Source: an uncultured Candidatus Saccharibacteria bacterium
Lineage (GTDB): Bacteria; Patescibacteriota; Minisyncoccia; Phycocordibacterales; Phycocordibacteraceae
DNA: 64,000 nucleotides
Assembly: GCA_964507275.1 (NCBI GenBank)
Contig: CAZDPG010000001.1
Coordinates: forward strand, 468,577-532,576
Reading direction: 5' to 3'
Part shown: piece after piece, positions 31,017 to 39,621 of the stretch
How positions within the stretch are numbered: the first letter of the stretch is position 1
Layout: every line of letters begins with the position of its first letter
The notes under the pieces: model-generated
Told to the model about the DNA's origin: nothing
The model's database searches: none
The model's input: the letters and a program-made list of their open reading frames with translations, nothing else
Program-made: the position numbers and the translations under genes

Positions 31017-31458
31017 AGTCGAAAGCCGCAATCGCCTTGAGCAGAGTCTCGTCGAGAATGAATCCTCGATACGCTTCATACGACCCGAAGATTGCAAGCG
31101 AGATCATGAAGAGCGGGTACGCGGCCTTCTTCTTGGCGAAGATGCCGAGCACGAGCAGGATCTTTATGCCGCCATGGAGTGCGAGATACAAGGCGAGGAA
31201 ATAGTGCGAGTGCACGGCAAACGCGGCCGCTGAACTTTGAATAGCGGTCGCGATAGGGTCGTCGATATCCTGTGCGAGCTCACGGCTCGTCGCGAATTCA
31301 GCGAGCTTGAGTACGAGCGATGGGGGAACGAAGAGTACGAGGAGCGCCGCGAGCGCTTCGAGCGCACCATTGACGATCTTCAGTATGAGCGCGAGATCGA
31401 AGAGCCAAAGAATGTTCTTCTCGACTCTCTCCTCCTTCATTTCAGGCGATGGCTCCAT
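30955..31458 (-). CDS. DUF2127-like membrane protein
   Basis: 167 aa, 4 TM helices, C-terminal HEYRRRY. Convergent 62-nt overlap with dedA. Confidence 0.45.
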   Translation of the reverse strand: MEPSPEMKEERVEKNILWLFDLALILKIVNGALEALAALLVLFVPPSLVLKLAEFATSRELAQDIDDPIATAIQSSAAAFAVHSHYFLALYLALHGGIKILLVLGIFAKKKAAYPLFMISLAIFGSYEAYRGFILDETLLKAIAAFDFTLLLLTAHEYRRRYQHRPF

Positions 31459-31470
31459 CGCCGTAGCGTA

Positions 31471-32004
31471 TCACGCCACGCGGTTTCCCAGTGTCTCAAG
31501 CGCCTTTGTGAGTAATTCTTTTGTCGAAGCGTCGGTGATGTTCCCCTCCCCGTCAAACACCTCGCTTGCCGGACCGATGTAGAGCTCAGGCTGACCAATC
31601 ACCTGCATATCAAGATAGGCGAGGACCTGCTTCAGATGATTCTGTGCAACGGCTGTGCTTATCTTCCCCACCGAGACACCCATAGTGAGTACCGGTTTGC
31701 CAGCAAATGAGTTCTTGCCCCACGGGCGGCTTGCCCAATCAATCGCATTCTTCAGGACACCCGGGAACGAGCGGTTGTACTCCGGCGTCGCGATGATGAT
31801 GCCGTCTGCCGCTTCAATACTGTCCTTAAGCATCTGTGCAGTGGCCGGGAACGACGCTTCTTCATCCTGGTTGAAGAACGGCAGCGCGCTGATATCAACA
31901 ACCTGTATGTTCATACCCACCGGCGTGAGTGCTTGGAGTGAGCGCAAGAGCGCCGTATTAAACGAACCCTTTCTCAAGCTCCCCGAAATGGCGACTATGT
32001 TCAT
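31471..32004 (-). CDS. NAD(P)H-dependent FMN reductase
   Basis: MNIVAISGSLRKGSFNTAL is the flavodoxin-like NADPH-FMN reductase N-terminus. Confidence 0.85.
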   Translation of the reverse strand: MNIVAISGSLRKGSFNTALLRSLQALTPVGMNIQVVDISALPFFNQDEEASFPATAQMLKDSIEAADGIIIATPEYNRSFPGVLKNAIDWASRPWGKNSFAGKPVLTMGVSVGKISTAVAQNHLKQVLAYLDMQVIGQPELYIGPASEVFDGEGNITDASTKELLTKALETLGNRVA

Positions 32005-32062
32005 AGTGATTCAAATTATTTAACTTACTGTTTGAGCCTACCTTACTTGAAAATGAAGCCGT

Positions 32063-33031
32063 GTGGGGATAACTAGTTATTCTCTCGCCCTGGGAGAATC
32101 GACTGCCGGGTATACTGAACGTATGAAGCAGCGACTTATTCGCGCAAGCGCGGCGGCGTTCATCGCCTTTGCAGCGGGATTCATCGGCTATTCTGCGGGC
32201 ACAGGAGTACAAGCAGCGGGCGTGAGCATTCCAGCGCAGACGGTGCCTGCACCCGTCGCCGGCTCGACACGCATTATCTACAGTCTCGATCAGAAACAGA
32301 ATGATCAGGAGCTCATCGCGCTCATCAATGAGGCAGAAGACCATATCTTCTTCGCTATCTATACCTTCACCCTCCCCTCTATCGCGGACGCCCTCGTCGC
32401 AGCAAAGAAGCGCGGTGTGGACGTACGCGGCATCATGGACTCAGAGCAGAGTAGCAACAGTTACGGCGCTCCCATCACCGCACGCCTGCGTGCTGCAGAC
32501 ATTCCCCTCTTCGTGGAGCGCCATGCAACCGGGAACGGAATCATGCACATCAAGCTCCTGGTGACCGAACAAGCATATGCATTCGGCAGTTACAACTGGA
32601 CTCGATCCGCGACAACAATTAACGATGAGATCATTGAGATCGGCACTGACCCGGCACTTCGGCAAGCATACGAGAACATAGTAAAGAAACTGCTCGACGC
32701 CTATAAAGGCAACGCGGCCGCGGGAGCGGCCGCGCCCGTTTCTATCGGCACCATCGACTACACCGATGCCAGCAAACATATCGGCGAGTACGCCTCGGTG
32801 CACGGCACGCTCGTGAAGGCGCATACATCGGCAAGCGGCACGGTCTTCCTCGACTTCTGTGCCAACTACAAGACCTGTCCCTTCTCGGGCGTCATCTTCG
32901 CCGACGATGCCAAGCAGTTCGGTGACCTCTCCCGCTACAACGGAACGACCGTGACCCTCACGGGCAAGATACAGAGCTATCAAGGCAAAGCGGAAATCGT
33001 CCTCTCTGACCCGAATCAACTTTCAAATTGA
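32063..33031 (+). CDS. Secreted phospholipase D-family nuclease (Nuc-like) with C-terminal OB-like domain
   Basis: Signal anchor. HxK motif HIKLLVTEQAYAFGSYNWT (PLD HKD). C-terminal about 100 aa extra domain. Confidence 0.75.
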   Translation: MGITSYSLALGESTAGYTERMKQRLIRASAAAFIAFAAGFIGYSAGTGVQAAGVSIPAQTVPAPVAGSTRIIYSLDQKQNDQELIALINEAEDHIFFAIYTFTLPSIADALVAAKKRGVDVRGIMDSEQSSNSYGAPITARLRAADIPLFVERHATGNGIMHIKLLVTEQAYAFGSYNWTRSATTINDEIIEIGTDPALRQAYENIVKKLLDAYKGNAAAGAAAPVSIGTIDYTDASKHIGEYASVHGTLVKAHTSASGTVFLDFCANYKTCPFSGVIFADDAKQFGDLSRYNGTTVTLTGKIQSYQGKAEIVLSDPNQLSN

Positions 33032-33107
33032 CGTTCATCTGACTCTGTGCTTTTATCTTTCCAGAACAATCCGTTCTTGCGATACTCAACCAACCGAAGG
33101 AGGCGTC

Positions 33108-33599
33108 ATGCCCGAACTGTTACCTGAATTCCCCACCAAAGGGATTGCTGCAAAAATCATGGCGGATGTCGCCCTATTCGTCGCCGGTTCTTTCTCGATA
33201 AAGCGGGAAACATTCCACATCGTCATGCTGGTACCCTCGATGGACACGTCAGGGACCTATCCCGACTACCCCATCAAGCCGCACCTGCTCGCCGAGTACT
33301 CGTATGGCGGCAAGAACGGTTGGGAACACGATTTCGCCAACATCGCGCAATGCAAAGCTCTCCAGCTCTGGCACGACCGGAATGACGGCGGCCCCGACTC
33401 AGTGGCCCACCTACTCTTCCCGGGCGATACGCCTTTCTGGGGTGGCGTGAAGCGCAGCGGTATCGTCGTGGCCTGCTCGGGAGTACAGCCATGGTTCGAC
33501 CGGATGATTTCCGGCATGGTGGCTGACGCCTATATTGCGGTCGCACACGGTGAGAAAGTCGCTTGGGCAGAAATGCACCCTCGCGACGGATTCATCTGA
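33108..33599 (+). CDS. Hypothetical protein
   Basis: 163 aa. Codon usage consistent with neighbours. No recognisable motif. Confidence 0.5.
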   Translation: MPELLPEFPTKGIAAKIMADVALFVAGSFSIKRETFHIVMLVPSMDTSGTYPDYPIKPHLLAEYSYGGKNGWEHDFANIAQCKALQLWHDRNDGGPDSVAHLLFPGDTPFWGGVKRSGIVVACSGVQPWFDRMISGMVADAYIAVAHGEKVAWAEMHPRDGFI

Positions 33600-33691
33600 C
33601 TACCTTCGCTTCATAGCGCCGACCCCTGGGTCGGCGTCTTTGTTTCTATTGCGTATTCCCGCCTTTTTGTGCTATATTTATGTGACTTCCA

Positions 33692-34270
33692 GTGGCTACC
33701 GACCGACTTCGCATAAATAACGAGATACGCGCGGCTGAGCTGCGCGTTATTGGCGCAGAAGGCGAAAACCTGGGAGTTCTCTCGCTCGAAGCGGCCCTCG
33801 CGGCAGCCAAGACGGCCGGGCAGGATCTTATCGAGATTTCGCCCTCAGCCGTCCCGCCCGTTGCGAAGATCATGGATTATGGTAAATTCGAATACGAGCG
33901 AAGCAAGAAGGAAAAGGTAGCAAAAGCCAAGGTAAAAGTGTCGGAAACGAAGGAGGTCCAGATCAAAGTGGGCACCGGAGACAACGATATGGCGCTGAAG
34001 GCTAAGAAGGCCGCTGAGTGGCTCGCAGAGGGCCACCGAGTGCGCGCAGAGCTCTTCCTGAAGGGTCGCTACAAGGGAATGAGCGAGGAGTTCCTCAAGG
34101 TTCGCCTTGAGAAGTTCCTTTCTCGCATCCCGTACGCGTATAAGATCGCCGAACCGATCACTCGCAGTCCGAAAGGATTTGCCGGCGTCATCGAACGCGA
34201 TCTCATAGCGCAAGCGAAACGAGAGAAAGGAGGGGCAGCCGTTGAACCACAACCACAATATGAAAACTAA
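33692..34270 (+). CDS. infC: Translation initiation factor IF-3
   Basis: INNEIRAAELRVIG...LIEISP...KIMDYGKFEYE are canonical IF-3 N- and C-domain motifs. Confidence 0.9.
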   Translation: MATDRLRINNEIRAAELRVIGAEGENLGVLSLEAALAAAKTAGQDLIEISPSAVPPVAKIMDYGKFEYERSKKEKVAKAKVKVSETKEVQIKVGTGDNDMALKAKKAAEWLAEGHRVRAELFLKGRYKGMSEEFLKVRLEKFLSRIPYAYKIAEPITRSPKGFAGVIERDLIAQAKREKGGAAVEPQPQYEN

Positions 34271-34445
34271 CAAATCTTATACGAAACGGATCCGCGTCAC
34301 GCGCACGGGTAAGCTCATGGCGCGCAAAGCGGGCCAGAACCATTTCAATGCAAAGCAGAGCGGCTCAACTCGCTCCGGCAAGCGCCGCGCGGTCACCATC
34401 ACTCTCACAGCAAAGGTGCAGCGCCGCTTCCTTCCAGGAACCTAA
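34260..34445 (+). CDS. rpmI: 50S ribosomal protein L35
   Basis: Small Lys/Arg-rich protein MKTNKSYTKRIRVTRTGKL in the infC-rpmI-rplT operon position. Confidence 0.85.
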   Translation: MKTNKSYTKRIRVTRTGKLMARKAGQNHFNAKQSGSTRSGKRRAVTITLTAKVQRRFLPGT

Positions 34446-34463
34446 TTAAGTAATCATTTACGT

Positions 34464-34811
34464 ATGACAAGAATCAAAGGTGGAGTACACGCGAATAAGC
34501 GCCGCAAGAACATCCTCGAGAGAGCGAAGGGATATCGCGGCATCCGCTCCAAGAAGCTCAACTTCGCCCATGAAGCCCTCATGCGCGCCGGCCGCTACGC
34601 GTTCGCTCACCGCCGCGACAAGAAGACCGACTTCCGCCAGCTCTGGATCGTCCGCCTGAATGCCGCTGTCCGCGCAAACGGCCACGCTTCCTACAGTACG
34701 TTCATCAACAAGCTCAAGAAAGCCGGGTTCGCGCTCGACCGTAAAGTCCTCGCTGAATTCGCAACTGATCGTCCTGAGATATTCGAACGCATCAGTAAGC
34801 AAGTCGTCTAA
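34464..34811 (+). CDS. rplT: 50S ribosomal protein L20
   Basis: [26 protein letters not shown] is the canonical L20 N-terminus. Confidence 0.93.
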   Translation: MTRIKGGVHANKRRKNILERAKGYRGIRSKKLNFAHEALMRAGRYAFAHRRDKKTDFRQLWIVRLNAAVRANGHASYSTFINKLKKAGFALDRKVLAEFATDRPEIFERISKQVV

Positions 34812-34819
34812 CCGACATG

Positions 34820-34847
34820 AAAACCGCCCGAAAGGGCGGTTTTCATT
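34820..34847 (+). terminator. Intrinsic terminator after rplT
   Basis: AAAACCGCCC-GAAA-GGGCGGTTTTCATTT. Confidence 0.7.
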
Positions 34848-34917
34848 TACGCGTTGACAAACACCTCCACCAGGAACAGGATAAAAGTCTGTTCTTTAAG
34901 AGGAGGTAAGCACAATC

Positions 34918-35280
34918 ATGGAAATGCCGACCATCACAACCCTGCTGGACCTGCTTCACGCCCTGCACATCGACATCTTCCACGGCAGAAAGACGGCCGC
35001 GTACGTAGTGAGTTACCGGCAAGGAGAAGCCGAGGTCCGGGAGCACTTCGACGACGGGAAAGGACACTCTGGCGCTTTCACGTGCGATACGTCGCCATTG
35101 GACTGGACCGTGTTCGCAGAAGCGAAGGACGCGAGATATATCACTGGTGTCCTCGAGCCAGGACGTGTCTCCACCACCAAGTTCAAGCTCTCCGAGCAAG
35201 GGGAACGAGAATTGTCCCGACTCATTGAAGAAGCCGCCGTAGCGCACATTGCGGGAGCGGCCGAATCAACAGCGGAATAG
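34918..35280 (+). CDS. Hypothetical protein
   Basis: 120 aa with a strong SD (AGAGGAGG) 8 nt upstream of ATG. No known motif. Confidence 0.5.
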   Translation: MEMPTITTLLDLLHALHIDIFHGRKTAAYVVSYRQGEAEVREHFDDGKGHSGAFTCDTSPLDWTVFAEAKDARYITGVLEPGRVSTTKFKLSEQGERELSRLIEEAAVAHIAGAAESTAE

Positions 35281-35356
35281 AAACCCGCACCCATCCAGGT
35301 CACCGTTCGCGGTGGCCTGGTTTTCTTTCGCACCGCCTTATATCTTCTTTACTGAC

Positions 35357-35396
35357 TCTTTCGTAATCTCCCACGTCTGCCCTGCCTCAGGGACGA
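35357..35396. repeat. 40-bp perfect direct repeat (second copy 36027-36066) within a ~70-bp diverged duplication
   Basis: TCTTTCGTAATCTCCCACGTCTGCCCTGCCTCAGGGACGA occurs twice. Copy B is the 3' end of the MBL gene. Copy A is an out-of-gene remnant encoding ...VVPEAGQTWEITKESVKKI*. Confidence 0.75.
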
Positions 35397-35474
35397 CTGC
35401 ACTCGCATCATTACCTATCCCTTATTCATCACGGTCGTGAAGTATAGAGGATAAGATTGCTCGGAAACATGTCG

Positions 35475-35999
35475 TCATGCTATCGATTTCTTCAATATCC
35501 CATTTATGAATTCGATTTTCCGTCGATAGTACTCTCTCACACTTAGTCCAGCACTTCTTTCCTTCAACTTCCGATATGCATCCAAATCATCAGGATGATT
35601 CTTCAGATGAGTTTCAAAGGCGATACTCCTGAGCCAGTCATCACTGCTCTCAGTGATTAGGAATACATCCGCGTGTTTACCATCCACATCCGTCACGAAT
35701 CGAGCTCTCCGCAAAGGATACGTACTTCGCGGCTCTCCGAACAGCTCTTTCAATAATTCGAGAAACGCATCAAATTTTTCCATTGGTATGGGCACATAAA
35801 TATCAATTTCATCTTGTCCTGAAATCCCTAGGCTCGCCGCACCATGATGTTCAACTGGCACATACGCGCCAAGCGCTGACCGAATTCGTTCTTTAACAAA
35901 AATGAATTTCTCTTCTGCAGTTTGATCAAACGGAACGATTGAGATTGTGTCTGTATCGGAAAGATGATCTACCCACTTCTGCTGTTCGGACGTCAACAT
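35475..35999 (-). CDS. GrpB/UPF0157-family protein (nucleotidyltransferase-like)
   Basis: EHHGAASLGISGQDEIDIYV matches the GrpB HxGSTxxxGxxAKPxIDI region. Lower GC. Start taken at MLTSEQ to avoid overlap with the MBL gene. Confidence 0.7.
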   Translation of the reverse strand: MLTSEQQKWVDHLSDTDTISIVPFDQTAEEKFIFVKERIRSALGAYVPVEHHGAASLGISGQDEIDIYVPIPMEKFDAFLELLKELFGEPRSTYPLRRARFVTDVDGKHADVFLITESSDDWLRSIAFETHLKNHPDDLDAYRKLKERSAGLSVREYYRRKIEFINGILKKSIA

Positions 36000-36007
36000 C
36001 TGAATAT

Positions 36008-37399
36008 TTAGACCTTCTTCACCGATTCTTTCGTAATCTCCCACGTCTGCCCTGCCTCAGGGACGATGGCAGAGCCGCCGAGGTAGTCGTGGATGCGCTG
36101 GGCGAGGAATCGTTCGGCAGAAGGCTCGCCATGAGCTGTGAAGATGGCTTTCGTCCGTTTATCGGCAAGCGCTGCTTCGGCAAATGCGAGGAGCCCGTCG
36201 CGATCGGCATGGGCTGACCAGCCTTCAAGTTTCTCTATCTTCGCCTTTATCTTTACTTCAGCACCGGCGATACGCACACTCGATGCGCCCTCCATCATGC
36301 GTCGCCCCGGCGTGCCAGGGGCCTGGTAGCCGACCATAAAGAGCGTGGTGGCGGGGTCGGGCAGATAGCGTGTCTCCCAGCGACCGATGCGGCCGCCATG
36401 ACTCATCCCCGCGCCGGCGATGATGATTTTCGGCCCCGGTACCTTCTCTATCGCCATCGACTCTTCGCTTGAAAGTGTCTGTTTCAAGAATGGGAATTCG
36501 AAAATACTCCCTTCTCGCCTCATCTCATCCTCTGTCTCTTTTTTGAAGTATGTCATCCCCCACTTCTCGTACACTGCAGTCACATGTATGGCGAGTGGTG
36601 AATCGAGAAAGACGGGAACCTTCGGCAGATCTCCTGCGTCAAAGAAGTTGGAGAGCTCGTAGAGCATGAGCTGAGTGCGTTCGACCGAGAAAGCGGGAAT
36701 GAGGATTGTACCTCCTCTTGCTATGGCTCGCTTCATCTCTTCAAGCAAAAGAGGTCCGCGATTTTCTTGATTCGGGTGCTGTTTGTCTCCGTACGTGCTC
36801 TCCATCACAAGCGCATCAGCATCCGGCACTGGCTCCCAGTCAGGGAGAAGCGGCGAAGGAGAGTTACCGATGTCGCCGGTAAATGCGACACTCGTCCCTT
36901 CCTCGTCTCTGATGCGCACACTCGCCGAGCCGAGGATGTGACCCGTGTTGCGCAAGTAGGCCGAGAGCCCGGGCGCGACCTCTTTCTCCGTATGATATTC
37001 GAGCGTCTCGACGAGCGAGAAGGCAGTCTCGACATCGTTGATGTCGTATAAAGGAAGCCTCCCTAGACGCCCAGCTTCTTCTGCGAGGATGTGCGAGGAA
37101 TCGAGCAGGATAAGAGCTGCGAGGTCCCGCGTTGCTGGCGTCATGAATATCTTTCCACGGAAGCCATCCCGCACAAGCTTCGGTATGCGACCGACATGGT
37201 CGAGGTGAGAATGCGTCACGATAAGAGCGTCAATCGTTGTGACGTCATACGGGAACGGCCCGTACATGCACTCTTCGCAGAAGTCACCTCCCTGCTCGAT
37301 ACCGCAATCAACAAGAATCCTTCCCTTCGCTCCGGTGATTAAAAAGTTTGAGCCGGTCACCTTGCCTGCTCCGCCGTAGAAACCGAGTCGTAATGCCAT
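36008..37399 (-). CDS. MBL-fold beta-CASP RNA-metabolising hydrolase
   Basis: 463 aa. HSHLDHVG (HxHxDH) and beta-CASP motifs. Typical bacterial MBL fold metallo-hydrolase RNA specificity domain protein. Confidence 0.85.
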   Translation of the reverse strand: MALRLGFYGGAGKVTGSNFLITGAKGRILVDCGIEQGGDFCEECMYGPFPYDVTTIDALIVTHSHLDHVGRIPKLVRDGFRGKIFMTPATRDLAALILLDSSHILAEEAGRLGRLPLYDINDVETAFSLVETLEYHTEKEVAPGLSAYLRNTGHILGSASVRIRDEEGTSVAFTGDIGNSPSPLLPDWEPVPDADALVMESTYGDKQHPNQENRGPLLLEEMKRAIARGGTILIPAFSVERTQLMLYELSNFFDAGDLPKVPVFLDSPLAIHVTAVYEKWGMTYFKKETEDEMRREGSIFEFPFLKQTLSSEESMAIEKVPGPKIIIAGAGMSHGGRIGRWETRYLPDPATTLFMVGYQAPGTPGRRMMEGASSVRIAGAEVKIKAKIEKLEGWSAHADRDGLLAFAEAALADKRTKAIFTAHGEPSAERFLAQRIHDYLGGSAIVPEAGQTWEITKESVKKV

Positions 37400-37436
37400 G
37401 TAGCAACTTTACCATGGAGCTATTGCTACTAAGCGC

Positions 37437-37465
37437 AAAAATCCCGTCTTTTTGAGACGGGATTT
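37437..37465. terminator. Hairpin with flanking T/A runs (bidirectional terminator-like)
   Basis: AAAATCCCGTC-TTTTTGA-GACGGGATTTT. Same family as the hairpins at 37655-37679 and 51253-51273. Confidence 0.5.
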
Positions 37466-37470
37466 TTGCG

Positions 37471-37684
37471 GAACTGTCCTCTCCGGCAACTTTATTGTGC
37501 CAGGTGGGATAAACAACGGCGGCTATCGGATTCCTTCACAGGCTTCACCAAGCACGTCTTAATAGTTATTCTCCCTTGTAGGAAGTAAGTTGCGTTTTTA
37601 AGAACAGCTCCACTTACTAGTATACCTGCTCCCCGGAGTGGGCGTGTGGAAAACAAAAATCCCGCCATGAGCGGGATTTTCTGT
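37471..37684 (+). ncRNA. Candidate small RNA (terminator-bounded intergenic transcript), paralog of 51247-51431
   Basis: Bounded upstream by a hairpin+T run and downstream by the AAAATCCCGC-CATGA-GCGGGATTTT terminator. Shares CTGTCC...TATTGTGCCAGGT 5' motif with the second locus. Ends can pair (CTCCGG/CCGGAG). Confidence 0.3.
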
Positions 37685-37703
37685 CTATCCGAACAAATGT
37701 TCC

Positions 37704-38180
37704 CTAGAACGCCTCTTCGGCGCTGATGAAGTCGAAATCATTACGCTTGTATCCGAAGAGCTCATCTCCTTTGAAGAAGCGTTCTACTTCCACAATCCCA
37801 TTCTCGATACTGTCAGATGCGTGGACAAGATTCGATTGTGTCGAGAGCGAGAGGTCGCCGCGGATGGTACCTGCTGCGCCTTCGTAGGCTTTCGTCGGCC
37901 CCACGATAAGTCGAGTTGCGGCAACCGCATTTATACCCGAAAGCGCCAGCACCACCACCGGCGACGTCTTCATGAACGTCTTGATGCCGGAGAAGAACGG
38001 CTTGTCCTTGATGTGTGCATAGTGCGCTTCAAGGAGTGCGTCCTCGAGCTCAATCATTTTCATGCCTACAATCCTCAGCCCTTTGCGTTCGAAGCGGCCA
38101 ATAACCTCTCCCATGAGTCCGCGATGCACTGCGTCCGGCTTCAATATAATGAGTGTCTTTTCTTCTTTCGGATGTGCCAT
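37704..38180 (-). CDS. ndk: Nucleoside diphosphate kinase
   Basis: LIILKPDAVHRGL...NAVHASDS are NDK motifs. Confidence 0.93.
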   Translation of the reverse strand: MAHPKEEKTLIILKPDAVHRGLMGEVIGRFERKGLRIVGMKMIELEDALLEAHYAHIKDKPFFSGIKTFMKTSPVVVLALSGINAVAATRLIVGPTKAYEGAAGTIRGDLSLSTQSNLVHASDSIENGIVEVERFFKGDELFGYKRNDFDFISAEEAF

Positions 38181-38218
38181 AGTTTTTTAAAATAAATACC
38201 GCCAACAGGCGGACACGG

Positions 38219-38983
38219 TTATATCGTTATGATACGCGCTCCCTGCTTTTCCAGCAAGATAGTATGCTCGAAGTGAGCGCTCTTGCTGCCATCCTTGGTG
38301 CGGAACGTGTAACCGTCCGGGCACAGTATGACCGCCGCTTTCCCGGCGGTTGAGATAGGCTCGAGTGCTAGCACCATACCCTCTTCGAGTAGCTCACCCT
38401 CTCCTTTGCGCCCATAATTCGGGATGAACGGATCTTCGTGCACAACATCGCCCACACCGTGACCGCCGAGCTCCTTCACTACTTTGAATCCGGCTCTTTC
38501 GATCACTTCCTGAATCGCGTGCGAGATATCACCGATATGATTCCCCGGAACGGCCGCATCGATGCCGGCGGCAAGCGCTTCTTCCGTTACTCGAAGAAGC
38601 TTCTTCGTCTCCTCGCTCACCGTGCCCACCGGTACCGTGATGGCAGCATCGACGATGATGCCATTGTGCGTGAGTCCAAGGTCGAGCCCGACGATATCAC
38701 CCTCCTTCAAGGTCTTCACCGATTCATTCGGTATACCATGCACGACTTCATCATTTATCGAGACGCAGAGCGTTGCTGGATACGGACGATTCCCTCCTTC
38801 AGGCGTATAGCCGAGGAAGCATGGCTCATCGCCGCCATCGCGAATCATCTGTTCTGCCAGGTCATCGAGTTCCTCAGTCGTGACGCCCGGCGCAACCTTC
38901 GCCCTGAGGGCGGCGAGCACGGCAGCAAGCCGCTTGCCGCCTTCGATGAGATTCGCCCGCTCGGTATCGTTTCTGATAATCAT
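38219..38983 (-). CDS. map: Methionine aminopeptidase type I
   Basis: 254 aa. Pita-bread fold metal ligands (D..D..H..E..E) in canonical spacing. Confidence 0.92.
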   Translation of the reverse strand: MIIRNDTERANLIEGGKRLAAVLAALRAKVAPGVTTEELDDLAEQMIRDGGDEPCFLGYTPEGGNRPYPATLCVSINDEVVHGIPNESVKTLKEGDIVGLDLGLTHNGIIVDAAITVPVGTVSEETKKLLRVTEEALAAGIDAAVPGNHIGDISHAIQEVIERAGFKVVKELGGHGVGDVVHEDPFIPNYGRKGEGELLEEGMVLALEPISTAGKAAVILCPDGYTFRTKDGSKSAHFEHTILLEKQGARIITI

Positions 38984-39553
38984 TTAAATCTTGAGGATAC
39001 TCCTCACTTCCTCTGCGATAACTTCAGGCGGCCGATGGCCATCAACCTCGGTGAGGATACCTGCCTGGCGCAGATAGTCGATTGCTCCTTCTGTGCTTGA
39101 GTAATATTCCTCAAGACGCTTGTGGACGACCTCTGCATGGTCGTCAGGCCGAGATCCGTTCTCGCGACGCAGCGCGATACGCGTATGAACCTCTTCATCG
39201 GGGACACCGAGATGGAAGATGTAGAACGGTCGGTTGAGCCACTTGAGCGACTCGGCAACGATTTCTGCTTCAGGCACGGTACGGCTTGTACCATCGAAGA
39301 TGACATTTCCACCCTCCGGGATACCGAAGAGGATTTTGAGGTAGACGTACGAAGCGAACCAGTAAGGAGTAAGCATTCCGGTATCCATGGTCTCCTTGAG
39401 CTTGTGCCCGACGGGACCGCCTGTCGCCACGATCTCGCGTAGTCCACCGCTCGTGCCAACCACCGGCCAGCCCGTCACATCTGACAGTAGCTTGGCCTGC
39501 GTCCCCTTCCCGCTCCCCGGTTTCCCGATAAAAAATATGATTGGCTTTTCCAT
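38984..39553 (-). CDS. adk: Adenylate kinase (short form)
   Basis: P-loop GKPGSGKGTQ. 189 aa. Confidence 0.9.
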   Translation of the reverse strand: MEKPIIFFIGKPGSGKGTQAKLLSDVTGWPVVGTSGGLREIVATGGPVGHKLKETMDTGMLTPYWFASYVYLKILFGIPEGGNVIFDGTSRTVPEAEIVAESLKWLNRPFYIFHLGVPDEEVHTRIALRRENGSRPDDHAEVVHKRLEEYYSSTEGAIDYLRQAGILTEVDGHRPPEVIAEEVRSILKI

Positions 39554-39621
39554 CTGCCCACTCTAGCATCACAACACAAAACACGCGACAGCAGAGCTGT
39601 CGCGTGTTTTGTGTTGTGAAA

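Noticed and set aside
37476-37560. Possible SRP (4.5S) RNA because of GUGCCAGGU similarity to the SRP helix 8 5' strand
   Set aside because: The near-invariant GGAAGGAAGCAGC / AGCAGCC tetraloop-proximal motif is absent in both copies, so the SRP RNA assignment is not supported.
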